Positions 55,547-64,000 of a DNA stretch of 64,000 nt are shown here, piece after piece. A program made the translations under genes and the position numbers. Location: the NCBI GenBank assembly GCA_029565395.1, contig JAKQOG010000069.1:14322-78321 (forward strand), read 5' to 3'. Position 1 is the first letter of the stretch; every line of letters begins with the position of its first letter. Source of the DNA: Candidatus Hydrogenedentota bacterium. GTDB lineage: Bacteria > Hydrogenedentota > Hydrogenedentia > Hydrogenedentales > CAILVY01. Under the pieces are notes generated by a model. The model was not told where the DNA came from. It made no database searches and was given only the letters and a program-made list of their open reading frames with translations.

Positions 55547-56887
55547 TTATTCCCATTCCAGGTGGATGGTTTGGCGGGTGGTTGCGCCGTTGTTGGGGTG
55601 GGTGATGTAGGAGGAGGAAGTGTCGAAGGGTATTTCTTCACCGTTGAGCACAAGCTGCTTTATCATGAGGCTTTGGGGGACAAATACGAGAGTGGGCGCG
55701 GTGGTGTTGATGGGATCATAGGCCAAATCAAACGTTTTATCGTGAATTCCAAAAATAGGATTGGTTCCCGCGATGCGTTGCGGATAGACCTGGATCAGGT
55801 AATCCAGTATGGGGCTTCGGTTGCCGTTTTCGTCTAAAATCCCAAAACTCTCGTGCGAGCATTTATCGTAGGAATAATAGGTCCAGCCGAAGGCATAGTG
55901 ATTGGCAAGATCAAGAAAATCGCGCAGGTATTCCCCGTATCCTTCGGTGCTGGGGGCGATTCCGAATTCCGTCACGAGCATGGGGGTGCCGAAGCGCTCC
56001 GCTTCCTGCACTTTAACCCGCATGGCATAGGGCATCAGTTGCCGTCCAAACCATTTGTACGGTTTTCCTTCGTGACACAACGGGTCGTAATAATGCACGG
56101 AATATACGGAGCCTGTTTCGGGAGCAAAGGTCAAACGGCTTCGGAATCCGGCGCTTGTATAAATAACTGGTTCGAAGAGGAACGGGATTCGGAAATTGTT
56201 GCGCTGCCGCATGGTCTGAATTTTTTCATATAGGCCGGCAAGCGCCTTTTTCTCGAAGCCCAAACCCGTCCACGGGAACGGTTCATTCATGATTTCCACG
56301 CCAATTACATTATTCTGGTTGTCCACGCTTTGAAGAAGATGTTCCACCATGCGCACATAGCGGTCTTTAAGCGCTTCGCTTCGCCAGAAATGATCGTAGG
56401 CATGCAGTACGGCCGGATCCAAATAATTGATATTCCAGGGTTGCGCCGGGGTGAATTCATGCCCGCCAGTGTCCACGGTCCATTCGGGAAAGCCATTGCC
56501 GGTGAATTTTCGGCAATAGAGGTCCTGATGGATGTCCAGCACTACGTCGATGCCCTGCTCTTCCATCCATTTCAGGCGTTCCAACGTTTTTTCGATGTAG
56601 TTTTCATCAAATTCCCCATCCGTGGGTTCGATGGCCTCCCAGAACACCAGGTACCGCACCAGATTGAAGCCCCAAGTCTTCATGCGCGCGAAATCCTCGC
56701 GGGTATGCCAGGAGAGGAAATCCGGTGCGGTTTTGGCGTAGTTCGACACATTTAAGCCATGGTAGATGACGATGCGCCCTTCGGTATCCGTGATGAAGTG
56801 CATGGTGCGGGCGGGCAGGCAGCCGCGGAAGAGCACTGCAGCGAAAAACAGGACAACAATTCCAATGATCCCAAGCCCGATACGCAT
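55547..56887 (-). CDS. Glycoside hydrolase family 5 (cellulase-like), membrane-anchored or secreted
   Basis: The acid/base motif IGVEIMNEP and the nucleophile motif LVTEFGI. N-terminal hydrophobic segment IGLGIIGIVVLFFAAVLF. Confidence 0.85.
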   Translation of the reverse strand: MRIGLGIIGIVVLFFAAVLFRGCLPARTMHFITDTEGRIVIYHGLNVSNYAKTAPDFLSWHTREDFARMKTWGFNLVRYLVFWEAIEPTDGEFDENYIEKTLERLKWMEEQGIDVVLDIHQDLYCRKFTGNGFPEWTVDTGGHEFTPAQPWNINYLDPAVLHAYDHFWRSEALKDRYVRMVEHLLQSVDNQNNVIGVEIMNEPFPWTGLGFEKKALAGLYEKIQTMRQRNNFRIPFLFEPVIYTSAGFRSRLTFAPETGSVYSVHYYDPLCHEGKPYKWFGRQLMPYAMRVKVQEAERFGTPMLVTEFGIAPSTEGYGEYLRDFLDLANHYAFGWTYYSYDKCSHESFGILDENGNRSPILDYLIQVYPQRIAGTNPIFGIHDKTFDLAYDPINTTAPTLVFVPQSLMIKQLVLNGEEIPFDTSSSYITHPNNGATTRQTIHLEWE

Positions 56888-56931
56888 ACACCCTCGCTTT
56901 GTGCGGAAGTTCCAACGGGAAGAAGCCATTT

Positions 56932-57867
56932 TCAGGTTACCGAGGCGAGCAAGGTGAAAATATTGTCGAGAATGCTCACCCAGGTTTTGCTCACCGGGTA
57001 TTGCGTGGGGTATTTTACGAAGGCCACATGACCGTCCAGGTACAGGACATTCCCGCCGCCGGGGATATGATTGAACCGGCTCATGGTATCGCCTGGGATG
57101 GTGCTCTGGACCATGTCGAACATGACCACGATTTCGGTCTGGGCTTTGCTGCTTGCAGCCGGATTGTTGATGTCGGTGATAAAGAACCGTTCGATGCCTT
57201 CCCGCAGCCGATAGATGGTGGTTGGGCCTCGCTCTTCGTGTTCAAACTCAAAATCATTGTCGTAATTTTCAAAGGCCAATTCGGGATGCGCCATGACTTC
57301 CACAAATAGATTCAGCAGCGTATCGATAAGGTTTTGTGAATAGTCCGTGCCCGGTTGTGCCGGATAGACATTGTCGCCGCCGCCGGACGCGAGCAGATAG
57401 TGCTGCGGGGCCAGCGCCCAGCCGATGTAATAATACGACACGGAACTCATGGCGCAGGGATCAAACTGATGCTCGCCATTCCCCGTAAAATACCAGTTGT
57501 CTTCCGAGACCGAAATGCCGTCGGCGTCCGATGGACAAATCAGGATGTTGGGATCGTTCAAGTATTCCGGGTAAACCGCCGGACAATTAAACACAAAGTC
57601 TTCAAAATTGGACTTGTCGCAAAAGTAATCCGGGGGCAGGAAACTGCTGTCCCGCAACTTTAATGAAGGAAATTTGCCAGCTTTGTCTTCATTCGCATAC
57701 ATCTTATAGACCAGCCCCATTTCCTTGAGGTTATTCTGGCAACTGGATCGCCGCGCCGCTTCCCGCGCCCGGGCCAGCGCCGGCAACAGAATGGCCGCAA
57801 GAATCCCGATGATGGCAATCACGACCAGCAATTCGATTAGAGTGAATCCAACGCGCCTTGTCTTCAT
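56932..57867 (-). CDS. DUF1559 protein with a prepilin-type N-terminal cleavage/methylation domain and a C-terminal H-X9-DG motif
   Basis: [46 protein letters not shown] at the N-terminus. [15 protein letters not shown] at the C-terminus. This family is hugely expanded in PVC-superphylum genomes. Confidence 0.85.
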   Translation of the reverse strand: MKTRRVGFTLIELLVVIAIIGILAAILLPALARAREAARRSSCQNNLKEMGLVYKMYANEDKAGKFPSLKLRDSSFLPPDYFCDKSNFEDFVFNCPAVYPEYLNDPNILICPSDADGISVSEDNWYFTGNGEHQFDPCAMSSVSYYYIGWALAPQHYLLASGGGDNVYPAQPGTDYSQNLIDTLLNLFVEVMAHPELAFENYDNDFEFEHEERGPTTIYRLREGIERFFITDINNPAASSKAQTEIVVMFDMVQSTIPGDTMSRFNHIPGGGNVLYLDGHVAFVKYPTQYPVSKTWVSILDNIFTLLASVT

Positions 57868-57946
57868 AACACCATTCTCCCTTTACCCCGGGCTGCATGT
57901 CCCGTCATGGCAACACGATAATCCTGTTCCCGCCAGGAGTCAAGCA

Positions 57947-59392
57947 CTACTTCATGGCATGTATTTTTTCGCGCCAGCGTTCTGCTTCCTTTTTCATTGC
58001 GGCGGCGATGTCCGGGTGGTTATCCTTGAGATTGATTTTTTCACCAGGATCGCTTTTCAGGTCGGCCAAATGCACTGCATCCTCCGGCGGGGCCTCTTCC
58101 ACCAGTTGCCCGTTCAGTACCAGTTTCCAGTTCCCTTTACGCAAGGCGGTTTGTTTGCCCTGTTCCCAGAAGATGGCCTCATGCGGACTTTTGGCGTTTT
58201 GCGTAAGCATGGGCAGGATATCGCAGCCATCCACGGAATATTGAGAAAGATCACCCCCGGCGGCGTTAAGGAAGGTGGGGAAGATGTCCATGGCCGCAGC
58301 CGGTTCCGAAATGACTTGTCCCGCCGGAATGCGCGCAGGCCAGGACATGAGCCCTGGCACGCGAATGCCGCCTTCATACAAACTGAACTTGTGTCCTTTG
58401 AAAGGACCGGGCGTTCCTCCATAGTAGGGGGTGCGGGTATTGTCCAGCCAGTTGCGCGTTTCCCGCGACGGGCCGTTGTCACTCATGAAAAAAATACAGG
58501 TGTTTTCGTAGACGCCCTGCTTTTTAAGTTCCTCGACGATGGCGCCCACGGCGTCGTCCACGGCACTAATCATCGCGGCCATAATCCGGCGTTCCGGTGT
58601 CAGGTTGGGGAATCGGTCCAGATATTTTTGCGGGGCATGCATGGGGTAATGCGGCGCATTGAAGGGAACATATAGGAAGAACGGCTGCTGTTTGGCGGCG
58701 GCGCGCTGGACGTAATCCGTGGCGCGTTCCGCGATCATTTCCGTGAAATACTGGCCGTTGGCGTAGATTTCCTGACCATTTTCCCATAGGTCATGCGCGG
58801 GATCCTCTTTGCCGCTGGCCATGCCCCAATAAAAGATGTGGGAATAATAATCGATGCATCCCGCCAGAAAGCCAAACCACTCGTCGAATCCGTGATGGTG
58901 GGGACGGAAGGATTCTTCCGCGCCCAGATGCCATTTTCCGAACATCGCGGTTTGATATCCCAGTGGTTTCAACGCTGTGGCTAACGTGGGCACTTTTGGA
59001 GAAAGCCCGGTGGCGGTCCGGTGCCCGGCTAGGATCGAGCGCACCCCCGCATGGCCGGGATATCTTCCGGTCAGGAGCGCCGCACGCGATGGAGAACACA
59101 CCGGCGCGTTCGAATACCAATCGGTGAACCGCACGCCGCTGGCGGCCAAGGCGTCAAGGTGTGGCGTTTTGAGATCGGTGGCGCCCACGCATCCCAAGTC
59201 TCCATAGCCTTGATCATCGGTTAGAAAAATGACGAAGTTTGGTGGTTTCATGGGAGTTCCCTCGGTTGATGCTGCGGCGGATGGTTTTAATGCGGCGCAT
59301 CCCCCGGCAGCCATTAATGCACTGCTGCTTTGTATCAAAAATTCCCGGCGCGTATTACGATGCATGACAGCTTCCTTCTTAGTTGACTTCAC
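57947..59392 (-). CDS. Arylsulfatase-family sulfatase, Tat-exported
   Basis: The formylglycine motif CSPSRAALLTGRY, the GKWHLG block, and the Tat-like signal RREFLIQSSSALMAAGG. Confidence 0.9.
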   Translation of the reverse strand: MKSTKKEAVMHRNTRREFLIQSSSALMAAGGCAALKPSAAASTEGTPMKPPNFVIFLTDDQGYGDLGCVGATDLKTPHLDALAASGVRFTDWYSNAPVCSPSRAALLTGRYPGHAGVRSILAGHRTATGLSPKVPTLATALKPLGYQTAMFGKWHLGAEESFRPHHHGFDEWFGFLAGCIDYYSHIFYWGMASGKEDPAHDLWENGQEIYANGQYFTEMIAERATDYVQRAAAKQQPFFLYVPFNAPHYPMHAPQKYLDRFPNLTPERRIMAAMISAVDDAVGAIVEELKKQGVYENTCIFFMSDNGPSRETRNWLDNTRTPYYGGTPGPFKGHKFSLYEGGIRVPGLMSWPARIPAGQVISEPAAAMDIFPTFLNAAGGDLSQYSVDGCDILPMLTQNAKSPHEAIFWEQGKQTALRKGNWKLVLNGQLVEEAPPEDAVHLADLKSDPGEKINLKDNHPDIAAAMKKEAERWREKIHAMK

Positions 59393-60410
59393 CGGTCTTC
59401 GGATCGTATTGCCAGGTTTGGCCTTTGTAAGGATTTGGTGGAAGTTGGGTGAAGGGTCCTTTGCGGACCAAGTCTTCCAGATCGGGTGGCCAGGTCCCGT
59501 GTTTTTCCCGGTATTTACTTAGTGCATCGCGGATAAGCTGTGTGTTCTGCGCCTTAATGCTGTCCAGCAAGGTGGTATTCTGCACTTTACCGTCCGGGTC
59601 GATAAAAAAGCGTCCGCCAAGGGGGTCAGGGGGAACCGCTTTGATGAGCCCGGCCTGCACGAGTTCATCGAACGACGCAGCGGGCCGTCCTGCGGTTTGC
59701 GCGAACTGCTGCATGCGCTGGTTGAGGACATGGCAGGCTTTGCGCAGTGTGAGTTCCTGGAGTTTGCGCGCGGCAAGTTCGCGCAACAAGGTATCGGGAC
59801 TTTTCAGCAGGTTGTTCCACATGTCCCGCTCAATCTCAAACAAATCCATGCGTCCTTGTAGTTTTGCGGCGATATCCATGACAAGAGGAGGCGCGTTTCC
59901 GGTGGCTGCGCTCATGGCAAGGTAAAAGGCGGCTTTTTGTTGTGAATCAGGGTCGGACTGCCGGTTGAGAAGATAGATCATGGCGGCTTCATACGGCAGT
60001 TGCCATGCGCCGGGATTTTTGACCATGCCCCGTTCTATAAGTTCCAGGCTGGCGGAATCTTCTGCTTTTAGCGCGGCGAGAAACATGCCGCCATACCGGT
60101 AGGCATCGACAAAATACGGATCCAGCCGAACCACCGTATCCAACATTTGATCCAACCATTTGAATGCGCGTTCGCCCTGGTTTTCTTCGGCAATATACTG
60201 GACGCATCGAATCCACAGCAAATCCGAGATTATGCTGTTCATGCCGGCTGTAAAATGCTGCAGGAGCGCGGCGTTCGGCAAATAGAGCAACTCGCTTTTA
60301 AACGTTTTGTTCCGTGCGTTGTCTACTTGATGCTGTGCAACCAGCATCAGGGCAAAGAACACCGCCGCGCCGAACAGCGCTCCGAATCCCTTTCGGGACA
60401 GGCCGCTCAT
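59379..60410 (-). CDS. Hypothetical membrane-anchored protein with a pseudopilin-like C-terminal tail
   Basis: N-terminal TM. The C-terminus LPPNPYKGQTWQYDPKTGEV resembles the GspG-type 'DPWG..Y.Y' tail. Translationally coupled to the ABC-2 permease. Confidence 0.35.
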   Translation of the reverse strand: MSGLSRKGFGALFGAAVFFALMLVAQHQVDNARNKTFKSELLYLPNAALLQHFTAGMNSIISDLLWIRCVQYIAEENQGERAFKWLDQMLDTVVRLDPYFVDAYRYGGMFLAALKAEDSASLELIERGMVKNPGAWQLPYEAAMIYLLNRQSDPDSQQKAAFYLAMSAATGNAPPLVMDIAAKLQGRMDLFEIERDMWNNLLKSPDTLLRELAARKLQELTLRKACHVLNQRMQQFAQTAGRPAASFDELVQAGLIKAVPPDPLGGRFFIDPDGKVQNTTLLDSIKAQNTQLIRDALSKYREKHGTWPPDLEDLVRKGPFTQLPPNPYKGQTWQYDPKTGEVN

Positions 60411-61168
60411 ACATCTTTCTCCTCAAAAACGAGTGCCGCGAGGATCAAGAACACGCCGGTATATGCGGCGGCATAGGTTATCGCCCACGCCACATACCCT
60501 AAAGAAACGGGAACACCGTTGGCCGCTTCCGAACGGATGTCGAAGTTGCTGAGATTGGGTACGATGTAGTATGCGATTTCCAGCAGTTGTTTGGCCAGGG
60601 TGCCGTCGAATTGCGGCGGCAGATTGAGAAAGACACCGGTGGCATGGCCGAAAATATAAGCCATAAACACAATGATGGCGCCGAGAATGGGTGAACTGAG
60701 CGAAGAAAGGAGCAGGGCGATGGCCGTGACCAGCGTCAGCTTGCAGTAAATCAGCAGCACCGCCAGGAAATACATTTTCTCCAGGCTTCCACCCAGTAAA
60801 AGCACGTACACTGCGGATACGCCCGTCATGATCAGCGTTACTACCGCTAACAATGCCATCAGCCCAACGTATTTTCCCAAAATAAACTCATAACGGTGCA
60901 TGGGCTGGGAGATAATGGTGTAAAGCGTGCGCTTGTCAATTTCCTTATAGATGAGGCTGGTGCCGACAAAAATCGCGATGAGCACGCCGAACAGAGAGAT
61001 GGCGGCAAGCGTGACGTCTTTTACGATCTTAATGTCCTGTCCGATGCTGATCCAGGCCAGGGCTTTTGAGCCGAAGATCACCACCGCCGCAAAAAATAGC
61101 AGCACATACAGCACTTTGTCGCGCACGGCTTCACGGAACGTGTTCTGGGCCATGGTGAGGATTCTCAT
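60407..61168 (-). CDS. ABC-2 type transporter permease
   Basis: 253 aa with 6 TM helices. Overlaps the upstream ATPase gene by 4 nt. Confidence 0.7.
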   Translation of the reverse strand: MRILTMAQNTFREAVRDKVLYVLLFFAAVVIFGSKALAWISIGQDIKIVKDVTLAAISLFGVLIAIFVGTSLIYKEIDKRTLYTIISQPMHRYEFILGKYVGLMALLAVVTLIMTGVSAVYVLLLGGSLEKMYFLAVLLIYCKLTLVTAIALLLSSLSSPILGAIIVFMAYIFGHATGVFLNLPPQFDGTLAKQLLEIAYYIVPNLSNFDIRSEAANGVPVSLGYVAWAITYAAAYTGVFLILAALVFEEKDV

Positions 61169-61917
61169 AATTGGAGATCCCCTTTTTGCTGTTCGCGCAG
61201 GAAATAATCTTCCAGTGTTTCCCGTTGGTTGTCCTGACCGCCGAGCAATTCGTCGATCTGCCCTTGTTTGCTCAGACGCCCCTTGACCAGGATGCCCACG
61301 CGGTCGCAGAGCTGTTCGACATCGCTCAGCACATGCGAACTGAAAAAAATCGTCTTGCCCAACTCATGTTGATGCCGGATAATGTCGCGGATCATGCGGC
61401 GGCCCAAGGGATCGAGGCCGCTCATCGGTTCATCCAGGATAAGAAGCGGTGGATCACCCACGAGCGCCACGGCAAAACCCACCCGCTGGCGCATCCCTTT
61501 GGAAAAACTTTTGATACGGTCCCCGGCGATCTCCCGGAGTTCCAGCATCTCGGAAAGCCGGTCCCAGTCACGCGCCCGTTCCGCCGCGGATAAACCCCGT
61601 AGCCGCCCGTAAAAATCCAGGGTTTCCTTTGGAGTGAGGTACTCGTAGAAATAGGGTTGTTCTGGGAGATACCCCAGCAATCGGCGCGTGGCGCGGTTGC
61701 GCGCATTTTCTCCAAAGATGTACGCGGTTCCGCCGGCGGGCTTCAACAAGCTGCACAGGATCTTGATGGTGGTAGTTTTTCCCGCGCCGTTGCGGCCCAA
61801 GAATCCGAACACTTCCCCTTCCCCCACGGTGAGATTCAATTCCGTGAGCGAATGCACCGTGCGCTTGCCGATGCCTTTGTATACTTTGCTGAGATTCTCG
61901 GTCCGAATTGCGTCCAT
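61165..61917 (-). CDS. ABC transporter ATP-binding protein
   Basis: Walker A GRNGAGKTT, signature FSKGMRQRV, Walker B LLILDEPMSGLD. Confidence 0.9.
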   Translation of the reverse strand: MDAIRTENLSKVYKGIGKRTVHSLTELNLTVGEGEVFGFLGRNGAGKTTTIKILCSLLKPAGGTAYIFGENARNRATRRLLGYLPEQPYFYEYLTPKETLDFYGRLRGLSAAERARDWDRLSEMLELREIAGDRIKSFSKGMRQRVGFAVALVGDPPLLILDEPMSGLDPLGRRMIRDIIRHQHELGKTIFFSSHVLSDVEQLCDRVGILVKGRLSKQGQIDELLGGQDNQRETLEDYFLREQQKGDLQL

Positions 61918-61975
61918 CGCGAGTCCTTATTTCGGGAACATCATACAAAATTCCGGGCGGGAAGCATAACTGCGA

Positions 61976-63202
61976 TTATCGTGGTGGAGTTTCAACGATA
62001 CTGATGCGGCCTTTGAGGAGCAACTCCGGGTGATGGCCGTAGAACACGCCTTCCACTTCCGCGCCGCCGGTTTCTCCGCCGATCATGTAGACGGTGTCTT
62101 CGTGAACGAAGGTCAGGGAAAGATTGTTGTTCAGCGGCATGGAGTCCGCGCGGCCAAAGAGTCCCGTTTCGGCATCGTAGACGAACATGTCGTTATAGTA
62201 GTCGCCCGTGTTGTGAAACCGCCGGGGGGCGCCATAGGGAGGGCGGGTGGAGCCATCCGGATTGGCTACTTGGGCGTATTGATAGCCGCCGCATAAGAGA
62301 ATGTAGTGATCCTTGAATACGATTTTCCCGGAAGGGAAGTTACCGGAGGCGATAGGCAGATCGCGCAAGCGGGACCACTCATTTTTTGCGGGGTCGAATT
62401 TCCAATTGTCCACCACGGTGCTGTATGGATCGCCCGTAGCCCCGCCAAACAAATATATCTGGCCTTTTACGGACGTCATGGCTCCGACCCAACGTGGCGT
62501 GCCGGGACACTCCGGCAGCCGCTTCCATCCTTGACCCGCGTGTTGGGTATCAAACGCGATCAGGCGCGCGCCCATGCGTTCACAGCCGCCCTTTCGATCT
62601 TGCCGGGTGTAGAAATGCTCGCTGTCATAATCCGCGCCGCCGCACACGTAGATCGTTGTTCCGATAGTGCATGCCATGCCGCCGCTGATGGGCCATGGGA
62701 GGTCCGGAAAACGTTCCCAGCGCCATGTTCCGTTTTCTTGGGCAAGTTGATAGCCATCGGAATAACAATACGGTTCCGAATAATTGAATCCGCCCCAGCA
62801 ATACAAAGCGCTGCCCACGGGCAGCCCCACGAGCCCCTGCCGGGCCACGCCGGGAAACTCCGGAAGATTCTGCCACCCCTTTGATTCGTTTGTCAGATCC
62901 AGCGCCCAGGTTTTCTGTAAAAATCCCCGGGGATATTTTCCGGGTTTTTTGTCATTGTTGTGACCTGCGCAAAAACCGCAGGCGGTGAGGATATACTTTC
63001 CCGCCACTCCGCCGGCGCTGTCCTGAAAACCCTGTGGCAAATCCGGACCGCGGCTCCAGGAGATATGCAGGAGCAGGGGCAGTTCATTCTCTTTTTGCGG
63101 GGCATACTCTTGCGCGGCGCTGAAAGACATTGCGCCGAACAACGCCATGAGGAACAAAACCGGAATTTTATTTGCGGGAATGATGGCCCCAGGGCTTTTC
63201 AT
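61976..63202 (-). CDS. Secreted Kelch-repeat beta-propeller protein (NanM-like)
   Basis: Signal peptide IPVLFLMALFGAMSFSAA. Repeated xY..GG blades (YCWGGFNY, IYVCGGADY, IYLFGGATGD, ILLCGGYQY, VYMIGGETGG). Confidence 0.55.
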   Translation of the reverse strand: MKSPGAIIPANKIPVLFLMALFGAMSFSAAQEYAPQKENELPLLLHISWSRGPDLPQGFQDSAGGVAGKYILTACGFCAGHNNDKKPGKYPRGFLQKTWALDLTNESKGWQNLPEFPGVARQGLVGLPVGSALYCWGGFNYSEPYCYSDGYQLAQENGTWRWERFPDLPWPISGGMACTIGTTIYVCGGADYDSEHFYTRQDRKGGCERMGARLIAFDTQHAGQGWKRLPECPGTPRWVGAMTSVKGQIYLFGGATGDPYSTVVDNWKFDPAKNEWSRLRDLPIASGNFPSGKIVFKDHYILLCGGYQYAQVANPDGSTRPPYGAPRRFHNTGDYYNDMFVYDAETGLFGRADSMPLNNNLSLTFVHEDTVYMIGGETGGAEVEGVFYGHHPELLLKGRISIVETPPR

Positions 63203-63671
63203 TTGTGTCTTCCTCCTCCTCTTCATCATCGGAGTACTCTTCGTCCTCCTCATCATCCATGATATACAGCATGTCCCGCTGTGTCATAAGATGGTCCAGG
63301 ATTTTTGGAAAATCCTCCGGATTGAAGTTATCCGTGCGGGTTTTTTGTTGGAGCAGAAGGAGGTCAGGCTCGCCGGGAATGGGAGAAGGCATGCCGCACA
63401 CAGCCGCGTCAACGAGCGCCACGTTGGCATACAGCAACTCCAGGAGATCTTCCCGCTCATACTCATCGGCGGAATCCAGCACCAGGGCTACCGTCACCGT
63501 GGGAATCCCGGTGGTTTCCTCGCCGGTGTCCATGAAGACAAACCCCGCTGCGTCCTTCGTTGTGAATTGCCAAAGTTTGCTCCCGCCCATCAAACCGGGC
63601 ATGGCTTCACAATGCGTGGAATGTTTCTTGACGATCCGGTCGAGCGACTTGGCGAGAATGCGCGGTTCCAT
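63168..63671 (-). CDS. Hypothetical cytoplasmic protein with a strongly acidic C-terminal tail
   Basis: 167 aa ending DDEEDEEYSDDEEEEEDTNEK. No recognisable motif. Confidence 0.35.
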   Translation of the reverse strand: MEPRILAKSLDRIVKKHSTHCEAMPGLMGGSKLWQFTTKDAAGFVFMDTGEETTGIPTVTVALVLDSADEYEREDLLELLYANVALVDAAVCGMPSPIPGEPDLLLLQQKTRTDNFNPEDFPKILDHLMTQRDMLYIMDDEEDEEYSDDEEEEEDTNEKPWGHHSRK

Positions 63672-64000
63672 GTGTAAATACCTTTCCGTTCGTTAATGAA
63701 TGAAGTGTATCTTGATCTCCGCGCATTATACCCGATTGCCCCATCCCATATATATGTCCCGGCTATATGTCTCGGCATTGTCCCGAATGACGGGTGTGCC
63801 CGGCGCACCGGAAAACGGGAAACGAGTTACCATGAATCGTAGATTCCCCCAGAAACCATGAAAATACCCTTTTGGGGGAAATGGGAAACGAGCCCCCCTT
63901 TGTCCCCTCCCCGCATGTGAGGGGGAATTTTCAGAGCAGACTGGGGTGAAAACATTCTTGTGAAGAGTATTAAAACCGCGATTTTAAGGGGCGGCCAGAG

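Noticed and set aside
57725-58675. 316-aa plus-strand ORF
   Set aside because: It is antisense to the sulfatase gene, which carries the definitive CSPSR formylglycine motif.
62306-62884. 192-aa plus-strand ORF
   Set aside because: It is antisense to the Kelch-repeat gene. No independent support.

Overview
This 64 kb window looks like chromosomal DNA from a moderately GC-rich bacterium, probably of the Planctomycetes-Verrucomicrobia-Chlamydiae (PVC) superphylum (Lentisphaerae or Kiritimatiellae-like). Evidence for that lineage: a protein with a prepilin-type N-terminus plus the H-X9-DG motif (the DUF1559 family), a secreted sulfatase with the C-x-P-x-R motif, and proteins carrying dockerin-like modules. 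I called about 46 protein-coding genes, read from the translated ORF track, and found no rRNA, tRNA or CRISPR array.

Housekeeping and conserved blocks:
- eno followed by an FtsB-like gene, then phoH, a 7TM-HD hydrolase, ybeY and two CorC/CNNM genes.
- cstA, a dCache methyl-accepting chemotaxis protein, and an ECF sigma/anti-sigma pair.
- A tandem pair of HdrD/GlpC-like CCG-domain Fe-S proteins next to a PLP-dependent ACC-deaminase/D-cysteine-desulfhydrase-family enzyme.
- A small exopolysaccharide-type cluster: an epimerase, a GT2 glycosyltransferase, and a protein that fuses a P-type-ATPase membrane domain lacking its cytoplasmic 'head' to an ExoD domain.
- A polysaccharide-degradation neighbourhood with GH127-like, GH5, sulfatase and DUF1559 genes.
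- A HepT/MNT toxin-antitoxin pair and a hicB-family antitoxin gene with no hicA partner.

The most unusual content is a set of secreted or membrane-anchored modular proteins at 8.2-19.1 kb, 27.6-30.1 kb and 43.1-46.0 kb.
- Four tandem paralogs are built from a recurring domain of about 120 aa that I cannot assign to a known family, acidic Gly-Glu linkers, a Ca-binding EF-hand/dockerin-like pair and a C-terminal transmembrane anchor.
- Three unrelated large proteins share a tandem atypical dockerin-like module with a Cys-rich insert: a 1756-aa protein with internalin-type leucine-rich repeats (LRRs), a CHRD-domain protein, and a HEAT + Zn-phospholipase-C-like protein.
- Taken together these suggest an undescribed cohesin/dockerin-like cell-surface assembly system. 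This is a hypothesis from sequence patterns only.

The 5' 830 bp is non-coding and dense with nested inverted repeats and UUCG-tetraloop hairpins (structured RNA or a MITE-like element). The Gly-Glu linkers are encoded by GAAGGN hexanucleotide and 81-bp tandem DNA repeats that could vary in length.
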